NCBI RefSeq assembly: GCF_000315625.1
Contig: NW_005434426.1
Coordinates: forward strand, 9,159 to 49,442
Reading direction: 5' to 3'
From: Guillardia theta CCMP2712
Lineage: Eukaryota; Protista; Cryptophyta
Length of the DNA stretch: 40,284 bases
Of the stretch, positions 1-14,794 are shown piece after piece. The translations under genes were made by a program, and so were the position numbers. Under the pieces are notes generated by a model. That model had not been told where the DNA came from. It saw only the letters and a list, made by a program, of their open reading frames with translations, and made no database searches. Every line of letters starts with the position of its first letter. Position 1 is the stretch's first letter.

Positions 1-1632
1 GGAGTAGCAGGAGGAGGAGGATGAGAAATAGGTGGGGGGGAGGAGCAGGAGCACGATGTGGCAAGGGACGGGGGAGACGACTGGAGCCAACATTCCCACC
101 TGCTCGGAGCCGTAGCGCGAGCTGTGGCCCGGGATGAACATAGGGTTCTGATACCCTCCCTGCCAGTAGGATGATGAAGGGGAGAGGACAGAGACAGATT
201 TGACCTGCAGGACAACCGCCAAGTTTGACAAGCAGTTGACGTGATTCGGGTTGATAGCCAAAGCTGCTCGGTAGCACTCCTGCTGGGAGAGTAAGAGGGG
301 GCGGGGGCGGGGGAGCAGAGGAGGAAGAGGAGGGAGGTGAAAAAAAATGTTGAAGAAAAGGAAAAAAGGAGAGGGCGAGGGCGAGGGCGAGGGCGAGGGC
401 GAGGGCGGAGGGAGGAGGGGAGGAGGGGAGAGGGGAGGAGGGGAGAGGGGAGGAGGGGAGGAGGGGAGGAGGGGAGGAGGGGAGGAGGGGAGGAGGGGAG
501 GAGGGAGGAGGGAGGAGGGGAGGAGGGGAAGGAGGGAGGAGGGGAGGAGGGGAGGNNNNNNNNNNNNNNNNNNNNNNNNNNNNNNNNNNNNNNNNNNNNN
601 NNNNNNNNNNNNNNNNNNNNNNNNNNNNNNNNNNNNNNNNNNNNNNNNNNNNNNNAAGGGAGGGAAGGAAGAGCGATCGCACCTCAGCATACGTGAAGTT
701 GCTGAGCTTGGCATGCTGTAGGACACCCATGTTGCAGAGAGCAGCGACAAGACAATCATTCCTATCAGCTCGTCATGTCCGGCTCCTCCTGCTCCTCCAT
801 CACCATTCTTCTCTCCTAGGAAGATTCAGCGCCTTGGTGAAATAGATTTCCGCTCGCTGGTAGTCTCCTGGCAGCATGCAGTTTACAGCAAGGAAAGAGA
901 AAAGGGGAGAGCGAGGAATGGTGAGAAAGAGGTTGGATAGATGAATCGATGATGATGTTGATGTTGATGATGATGATGGTGATGAAGATGATGACGATGA
1001 TGATGAACGAACAGAGGTTCTTACCATACTCGTATAGCGCGAGCGCATAGTTGTAAACCGTCGGCAAGTGGTCAGAGAACAGATCGGCAAGGCGGCCGAG
1101 GGTGCGATTGAGCCTCTGGTATCATTTCCATCATCACAACCATAACTGACACATCTTATCAACTCCAACCTTCTTCGGCCAGCGCGGCACGAGATCGTTG
1201 ATCCTTTGCTCGAAGTCAGACACCAAGTCTCTCGTGCTGTTGCTCTGAGTGTCCTGACACAACCCGTCAGGTCAGGACGGCAAGATCCTCCAGCACCAGA
1301 ATCTCGGCGGGAATATCCAGCGTGAAATTTTTCAGCATGGTTATCAGGCTTTCTTCATCACCCTCCTCCCCCCCCTCCTCCTCCTCCTCGAAAATCTCAC
1401 TCTGCTTGTCCGACTTCCCAGAATCATCGTCGTCGTCGGAGTTTCCTCCTCGCAAGTTGAGCGTGGACAGCGTGCGGTGGCCAGGAGCGCTCGAGATCCT
1501 CGGAGGCAGTTCGGCAACTCCCACCAACAGACGCTGCGGGGTAGAGGTCGAGGAGGCAGAGCAGAGCCAGGAGAGGAAGAGGAAGAAAGCAGATGCCTTG
1601 AGCAGCAGCATCCTCTTGGGAGAGGAGACCAT
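1..1632 (-). CDS. Multi-exon TPR-repeat protein with N-terminal signal peptide and LRGG motif (3' end outside window)
   Basis: ATG at 1632. Hydrophobic N-terminus (MLLLKASAFFLFLSWLCSA), then an S/T/R-rich spacer, TLNLRGG and an acidic tract. Downstream exons give TPR-consensus peptides: VYNYALALYEYGK; GDYQRAEIYFTKALNL; AALCNMGVLQHAKLSNFTYAE (~683-761); ECYRAALAINPNHVNCLSNLAVVLQ (~205-279). The last two have GT-AG boundaries. Confidence 0.8.
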
Positions 1633-1754
1633 GGGGGTTAGAATGAGATGGAGGAAGCAGTGACGAATGAAACCCTAGCTCGATCTTGATCCGAGAATGT
1701 CAGCATGGCATGCTGCTCTGACACCTGACGGCCTGATGGACATGATAAGCTCAG

Positions 1755-1835
1755 ATGCATCATTATCTCCATCATCATCATCTCCATCATCATCATCATC
1801 ATCATCATCTCCATCATCATCATCATCATCATCAT

Positions 1836-1867
<32 letters not shown>

Positions 1868-1875
1868 CTATCATC
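1755..1875. repeat. (CAT)n microsatellite with periodic CTC interruptions
   Basis: Directly visible; source of the spurious poly-H/M/S ORFs. Confidence 0.95.
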
Positions 1876-2476
1876 TATGGGTCATCCATTTTTATCTTTT
1901 CCTTTCCTCATTTGCATCCAAGCATCCAACTCAATTCAAATCTAGATACCCTTCTATCGTCCTCTTTCATCCTCTCGTTTTCTCATACATGTTTCTTTCA
2001 CTTCACTTCACTGGGCTTTTAGCTTCTAACTCTCTCCTCTTTTAATTCTCCTCTTTGCTATTCTCTCCTAATTCTCTTCTCTCCTCCTTCCCCCTCACCT
2101 CTCCAGTTCTCTGGCTCTCTCGTACTTCTCAATCTTCGCCGCACTACCTTGAAACATCCATTCTCCTCTTCTTCCCTCCTCCCCATCTCACCCCTATTCT
2201 CTCCCCCCACTCCATTCCTCCTCTTCTCGCTTCTTTCCTTCGATATCTCTGTACTCCCCACTTCCTACCCTTTCCTTCTATCAGTCTGGTCCAGTCTTGC
2301 TCTACCCCCCGCTCTGCCGGAAGCCACAACGTTTCTCAAGGTTGTAGTTGATGAGTCCGTTGGTATTGTTGCGGTCGACATTCCTGTTCTTTCTCTTGTC
2401 CTGCTCCACACTGTTGTTGTCCTTGATGCTTTGACTGTCTTATTGTGTTGTGTTGTTACTTTGTTGTGTTGTTCGC

Positions 2477-2768
2477 TTGTAGTCTTGTAGTCTTGTGGTC
2501 TTGTAGTCATGTAGTCTTGTAGTCTTGTAGTCATGTAGTCTTGTAGTCTTGTAGTCTTGTAGTCTTGTAGTCTTGTAGTCTTGTAGTCTTGTAGTCTTGT
2601 AGTCATGTAGTCATGTAGTCTTGTAGTCATGTAGTCTTGTAGTCTTGTAGTCTTGTAGTCTTGTAGTCTTGTTCTGTTTTTGTCTTTCCTTGTTTTCTTC
2701 TTGCCCTGTCCCCTTGTAGTCTTGTTCTGTTTTTGTCTTTCCTTGTTTTCTTCTTGCCCTGTCCCCTT
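2477..2768. repeat. 8-bp tandem repeat GTAGTC(T/A)T (~24 copies) followed by a ~53-bp tandem duplication
   Basis: Array at about 2477-2670. The unit ttgtagtcttgttctgtttttgtctttccttgttttcttcttgccctgtcccctt occurs at ~2661 and ~2714. Confidence 0.95.
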
Positions 2769-2917
2769 CACATCAGCCCTTTCACCATCTCGTGGGGCGG
2801 ATTTCAACCGAGGGGTAGGGTGGGTTCTTGTGGTAGGATATTGTGCGGTCATTTAAGGTCTAAGTGGGGGTAGGGTACTTCATTTGACAGGGTGGGGAAA
2901 ATGAGGTGGTGAAGGCG

Positions 2918-3852
2918 ATGGCGACAGTCGGGGCGCTTGTCGTCCAGCGGGGTGAGCGATGAGGGGAGGGGAGAGGAGGGAGGAGGGAGGAGAGGACAGG
3001 TGAGAGGAGAGCAGGGGAGAGGATGGGAGAGGACGGACTCTAAGTGTCATACTGATCGACTTCCTTATACCCCAGCGTGCTTCATTTTCATGTGCATCCT
3101 CCACGCCTACAGCATGGTGGATGTAACAGAGACCCTCCCATCCACCTTGCGGCTCAGAGGAGGGATGCATCTATTCAACGAAGCCATGTATGCGCTAGAT
3201 GACGAGGTCGACCTCCCAGACGCTTACCACGATGAGAATATTCGGGAGCAGATACAGAAAAGGTTTCACAAGCTGGTAAGCCCTAGCACGAGTGGGTTGG
3301 CCGTCGACTTTCCAGCCATGCAGGAGCGATAGTGACGGGTTTGCAGTTTGACGATCCGAGCAACACAGAGCTCTACGACGCTGTGAGTTTGTGAGTCTGC
3401 AGGAGGCTGCTGGTCTGAAATCCCAGCCAGATAAAGCTCTTTAGGAGGAACAAGCTTGCGCACAAAAAGGTGATTCATTCCCCTGCTTGCTCACAGCTGG
3501 TCAACCCAAGTTGCCAGGAGCTGCCGATACCCATCCACCCAGTGGTAGATCCCATGGTCAGTAATCTTGTGCCACTGCTTGCCATGTGCATGACGCGGTG
3601 CAACCAGCTTGCTGAGATCAGGAGAAGAAATCAAGGTGCAGCTCAGTTCGATTCAAGGGATGTCTGACACCTTTGAAAGATGCCGCGGCTTTCCGGAGTA
3701 AAGATACGCTGCGGAAGAGGAGCAAGATAAAGCGAAGGCACATCCTATCCCATGTTCTATCCAGCAAGAAGCGCAAGGCTAAGAAACAACTCCATGGGAA
3801 ACAACAGAGGTTGAGAAAGAGGAGAAGCTCAAGGGGCCCTGACAAGAAATGA
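2918..3852 (+). CDS. Small multi-exon protein: signal peptide, STLRLRGG-M motif, acidic middle, strongly K/R-rich C-terminus; function unknown
   Basis: ATG 2918 and GT-AG intron 2952-3075 give MATVGALVVQRACFIFMCILHAYSMVDVTETLPSTLRLRGGMHLFNEAMYALDDEVDLPDAYHDENIREQIQKRFHKL. Further short exons follow (FDDPSNTELYDA; IKLFRRNKLAHKK; LVNPSCQELPIPIHPVVDPM; LAEIRRRNQ). The final exon ends ...RKRSKIKRRHILSHVLSSKKRKAKKQLHGKQQRLRKRRSSRGPDKK with TGA at 3850-3852. Confidence 0.75.
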
Positions 3853-3986
3853 ATATTTAATATGATCTGAATTGGACGAATCTAAAACCCAACGCGATCA
3901 AGAGAAGCTACAACACGTCGGCCTCTCGGGTCGCAGATTGAGAAAAGTCATCACGGTACGAAACCTTGCAGAGTACCACTCAAAAG

Positions 3987-4300
3987 TCTATCGGAGTTGC
4001 CGGTGAGCCCCCCTATCATTCTTGTCCAGACCACAATCAACCTGCCTGTACACCGCCAACACACATGCATTGTTTACCAGGGTCTGAACATGGCCTCGTT
4101 CCTCACCCTGCGAAAGCACGGGTCACTCACTCGCAGGACAGGAGGACTCAGGACAAGTTCTATACTCACTTGGTGACGAGGCCCGCGATCCTGTTGGCAG
4201 CCTTTCTGTCCTTGTTCTCATCATGCTTGCCAAGCGGGTTGAACGGGTCATAGTTCACTCCATTGTTGAATCCCACGCCAAAGAGCATGGTGGTGGAGAT
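3987..4300 (-). CDS. Probable small hypothetical protein (start and end uncertain)
   Basis: Phase-compatible exons 4170-4300 (ISTTMLFGVGFNNGVNYDPFNPLGKHDENKDRKAANRIAGLVT) and 4078-4107 (VRNEAMFRP) have canonical CAG/GTGAG and CAG/GTAAA sites. Confidence 0.45.
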
Positions 4301-5059
4301 CTGGAGAAAGCTCGTGAGTTTACTTGAATGCTGACAACATTGCTGACAGCGAACTTTGACCACTCGTTTCTGTTACACAAGACATTGCTCTACAACATGA
4401 AAGAACAAGTATGTACAGAGAGCACTCCATTCCAACAAAACAACCCTATCTTTGTCCCTTCACCACAGCGCTGATTTGTTATCAAATCAAGGGGAATACC
4501 ACAGATCATTTCATCCAGCAGGGCACGTAATCAACAGAAGTGATCTTTCTGACATATCGTAAACGATTCCTGCCCTCTCCCTCACCTCTCCGACGGCCTT
4601 CGTCGCCTCTTCCCCCTTCGTGCATGGCAGGTAGCTGAACATGGTCTGTGCTCCAACCCCGAAATAGAACTATTTGATAACCCCTGTCCCACCCACCCCT
4701 CCTCAGTGTACCCCCCTGTTTAACCCTCCAACTACCCCCATATTTCCATTGTTTCGGTCCTCCCACACCCCCTGCACGCAAGCTTTCACTGAGCGTTCTC
4801 GGCCCGGCACAGATCCCGCTGAGCCTGAGTGCGGCAGGCCCGGGTCCGATCACATTGAAGGGCCTCAGGCTCGGAGCGGCCCGGCCCGGCCCGGAGGCTC
4901 GGGACTGAATCCGCCGTCCGACGACGGTCCGATCGGCCGGCGTCAAGTGCGACAACGACTGCCAGATCCCCTTGCCTGATTTATTTCAGTGGGTCGTCTG
5001 GAAGTGTCACACCGCTATCATATCATCCATCCCACTGTCAGCCCAGCTGGAGCTTACGG

Positions 5060-5960
5060 CTCCGATGATCCCTCATGGAGTTTTCTCGGTTCTGAAGTAA
5101 TCGGGCTTACCTTTCTGAGCCCCAGCGATCTTTGTTGGCACCGTGACCACTCCAGCTTCTCTACTCCACTGTGAGTCACAGTTCGAGTAACCGGCCACCC
5201 GGTTGATGAACTTCTGTCTCAGTTTACCCCCGGGAGTCAGCGCACGATCTGGCACTCAAAGTACAAACCTTGGGATCCGGCGTTGAGCAGCAGCCTATCA
5301 GCTTGGTGACGGTGACTGCCGCTGACAAGTTTCTTCATGGACTGCCGATTGACCTCCCGCCGCTGCACTGCGATCAGGGTTGAAATGTCACCATCTTCTC
5401 CGTCATCCTGGGGGGACCACACACATGGCAACCTGCAGGCACCGCAGCCCGTTATGGACTGATGCGCATGAGAAGTGCAATGCTGTTGTCCTCAGTACCC
5501 TCATCAAAGATTCAGGACTGAGATGCCGCGTCCACGTGCAAGGGCGTCACCAGCCGGGGCAGAATGTTTCCCAACATTGGCCCTGAAGATCATCACGCTG
5601 AGGGGGATTTTGAACTTTCCGCAATGGGCAGGGGATTGCTCGGGAGCAAAACTGCAAGCAGCAGCACAGAGGAAAGATCCGGAGGGCATCGTAAATGCAT
5701 ATGCTCAGCACGTCCCGCCAAAGGTCTTTCTTCCCATCACATTGCCAGCACTGATGGACTCTTGCAGGATTGGCAACAAGGATGATGCGTTGCGCGTTCT
5801 GCTCGCAGGATGTCTCTGGTGATCCGACCTGTAAACGCATCCGGTCCAGGATCTTTCGTCAGTTCAAGGCCTCCCTGTCTTTCGCTGCCATCATCTCGGG
5901 TGCCGCAGTGCGTTCCGGTATGCGTCTCATTCCTGACAGTTGTGAAGGTATCAGTAAAAA
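5060..5960 (-). CDS. Possible multi-exon hypothetical gene; structure not resolved
   Basis: Exon-like segments bounded by AG/GT on the minus strand (KFINRVAGYSNCDSQWSREAGVVTVPTKIAGAQK|gtaag; LPCVWSPQDDGEDGDISTLIAVQRREVNRQSMKKL; Cys-rich FCSRAIPCPLRK...QCWETFCPG). No family recognised, and the strand is not certain. Confidence 0.3.
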
Positions 5961-6022
5961 GCACGTAAGTTTAGAGTGTAATGGCCGCAGTGGAAGCCGT
6001 GGAAGACTTAAGAATCAGTACG

Positions 6023-6469
6023 AGGAGAGTAGAGGAGATCAGGAGAGTAGAGGAGATCAGGAGAGTCGAGGAGATCAGGAGAGTCGAGGAGATCAGGAGA
6101 GTCGAGGAGATCAGGAGAGTAGAGGAGATCAGGAGAGTCGAGGAGATCAGGAGAGTCGAGGAGATCAGGAGAGTCGAGGAGATCAGGAGAGTAGAGGAGA
6201 TCAGGAGAGTAGAGGAGATCAGGAGAGTCGAGGAGATCAGGAGAGTCGAGGAGATCAGGAGAGTAGAGGAGATCAGGAGAGTAGAGGAGATCAGGAGAGT
6301 AGAGGAGATCAGGAGAGTCGAGGAGATCAGGAGAGTCGAGGAGATCAGGAGAGTCGAGGAGATCAGGAGAGTCGAGGAGATCAGGAGAGTCGAGGAGATC
6401 AGGAGAGTCGAGGAGATCAGGAGAGTAGAGGAGATCAGGAGAGTCGAGGAGATCAGGAGAGTCGAGGAG
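6023..6469. repeat. 18-bp minisatellite AGGAGAGT(A/C)GAGGAGATC, ~25 copies
   Basis: Perfect tandem units differing only at one A/C position; no spacers. Confidence 0.97.
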
Positions 6470-6531
6470 GCTTGACCCTGACACGTCAACTTGCTGGCCA
6501 TACGGCGAGAAGTCAAAAACTTGTTGAGCCT

Positions 6532-6669
6532 CTTTACTCAAAGTTAAGTTAAAAATTCAAAAATCAGCACTACGGCGAGGAGTTGAGTAGTAAACAGGGC
6601 CGCTGAGGCCGCTCCGAAGGTCACCGTGGCACCGGGCCTGATTTTTGACTTAACGGGAGTTGAGTAAAG
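6532..6669. mobile_element. Candidate MITE-like element with imperfect terminal inverted repeats
   Basis: Left end ctttactcaaagttaagtt...aaaaatcag (6532-6567). The right end (6638-6669) reverse-complements to ctttactcaactcccgttaagtcaaaaatcag. The same motif recurs at 20100-20127. No clear target-site duplication (TSD). Confidence 0.4.
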
Positions 6670-7499
6670 CAAGGCCCGTACTATCAGAATCATTATATTG
6701 AGCCTGATATCACTTCAAATATCTGACGGTCGAGCCCCCGGATATGCCGCGGCTGAAGGGGTCGTTATGCCATTATTGACTTATAATTTGTACCACGGCT
6801 CTGCACCGGGAACCAGTGAACTCCGACTCGGCCCGGGTCCCGGACTCGGACCGTACCGGTGACCGTCACTGTCACTGCTGGCCGTGAGTCAGTAGCACCT
6901 GGTGGTATCGTATCTACGACCAACGGTGGTAGGACATAGGTTCTGAGAGACGTATCTCAGGAAGTTGCGACCCTTGGAGTCATGTGACCCGGGATGTCAT
7001 AGCATTTAAAAAGATTTTTTATTGCGAGGAGTCTTAAACGAAACTCTGAAAATATTTCAAATAAAGTATGTTAAATTTCAACTTTGCATGATTCATTTGG
7101 CAGCCGTTTTTCATCAAACATGGACCACAAACCGTATCCAGTTTTGTCCCGAAGGATAAGGAGTACCATGTCTTCCAAGAGATGCGAGTTTACAACGTTT
7201 CGACGCAGTGAAGCAAAAAAACCTCGCGATATAGTAAAGGGGGTGGGGGTGATTTCTTGATAGGCTTTTCGTTAGCAAGGATGCAAGGACCCCTCTTTTC
7301 ATGCGGAGATCGCAGGTAAAATATGGGGTGGTACATTCTGGGGAAATTACGAAGGGGAGGGGTCCAGGGGTTCGCAAAAGAGGGCGGGAATATTGGTTCC
7401 TAGGAAGAGAGCGGAAGGAAAACAGAGCGGAGGAGGAAGCGGACGAAGAAAAGAGCGATAAGTAGTCAAGAAAGAGTGATTAGAAACCTGGTACATACA

Positions 7500-8180
7500 A
7501 TGGTGCACGCGATTGGTGAAGGAAGATCGAGAGAAACAGAGCAACAGGCTTCGAAAAGAATTGGTATGCACCTTCAACTATCGGATATCGTGTCGCTGTT
7601 TCACCTTCGACAGACAGAGGCTGCAAAACTCCTGGTGAGCCTTGAAAATTCTTTCTATTGTGTTTCATAATTGTGGTTGAATGACTTCTTTGCTCAGGGA
7701 ATATCATTGTCAGCAATGAAGAATGCTTGCAGACGGGTTGGAATCACACGTTGGCCGTATTCCCGAAGCCGCCCAAATCTACCAGACGAACAATCGCATT
7801 TCAGCAGCCAATCAGGTGCAGAAAGTCCTGCTTCTTCAGATACTTTGCTGCAGACCGATGATGGTTTATCCTCGGAGACATCCGAATCTACCACATATGA
7901 AGCTACTACACAATCGGTTGGTATCTTCACAGATGAAGGTTCATCACAAATGGTATCAACGGGTCTAGGAACAACCAGAGAAAGCGTCCAGGATCCAAAC
8001 ACAGACAATCCTGTTGACACCTTCCAGGTCGACGTGCCTTCATTTGACGGGAGTGTACAGGCTGTGTCCTTCAACTACAACGAAGCACCCAACAATTTTT
8101 GCAGACATATCGGTGAGCGGGAAGATGATTTTCCTCCGCTGACTGAAGGATGGATTCACAACTTCATTGAATCAATCTAA
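7500..8180 (+). CDS. RWP-RK domain transcription factor
   Basis: Exons 7500-7634 and 7698-8180 (GT-AG intron) give LQLSDIVSLFHLRQTEAAKLLGISLSAMKNACRRVGITRWPYSR, which matches the RWP-RK consensus, followed by an S/T/acidic tail. Confidence 0.92.
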
Positions 8181-8706
8181 AAGGAGCAGCTTCATCGTCT
8201 GCCATGTACAGAAAATGCCTCTTCGGCCTCGCCTCTGATACCCAGCAATTCAGGCTTGCAAAATGACCTCACTGACGCTCTGAGTGCGCCAGAAAGTGAT
8301 CTGCTGAGCGGCAGAATCGCAGTAATCTAGTATCTCCAATGAATGTATCTCTACATCGAACATGTCGGCTATCCACAGGAAGCTGCTGCTGCTCCAGCGA
8401 AGCTGCAACGGCCCTCCCGGGCCGCCATGGTGGACGAGTTTTAGAGTAGATAATGTAAGTCCGCCTCAGAGGTGTAATTAGTGAAGTGTGAATGACAGAA
8501 GAGATCAAGGGACCGGGCAGAGATGCAGTACGAGCGACCAGCTGGGGGTGGAGGGGGAGGGAGGGGAGGGAGATGGAGAGAGCAGAGGCAAGGCGGGGGG
8601 GAGACGAGGAGACAGAGGGGAAGCAGGAGGGAGGTAGGGGTGGAAGCAAGATGGCAGGAGGAAGATAGAAGGGAAGGGGAGGAGAGGGAGAGGTGAAGGA
8701 TACAAC

Positions 8707-14545
<5,839 letters not shown>

Positions 14546-14794
14546 CGTAGCCAGTCTTGGAGAACGACATGCTTTTTCTTCTCATATTTGTCTCGAGCAG
14601 AATCTGTTGAAAACCATGTTTTGAGTGGTTGGCAGCATCCTTTCACCCGCCATCTTGTTCTTCTCCCCATGTTTGGTATCTACATGTTTGTTCGCCAGCA
14701 GACCTCTTGACATCATACCTTCCTCTTCCACTCTCACCGGCATCCAGCGATCAGGAGCTACCTCACTCCAGCGCTGGGCCAGTCAGTCGATCCG

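Noticed and set aside
2265-2852. ORF with DYKTTRLQ repeats
   Set aside because: Translation of an 8-bp non-coding satellite in an intergenic region.
3090-3167. Ubiquitin or ubiquitin-fusion gene
   Set aside because: Only the LRLRGG tail is present; the ~35 preceding residues are a signal peptide and spacer, not a beta-grasp fold.
6023-6469. CRISPR-like regular repeat
   Set aside because: Units are contiguous with no unique spacers, no cas genes are present, and the context is eukaryotic.
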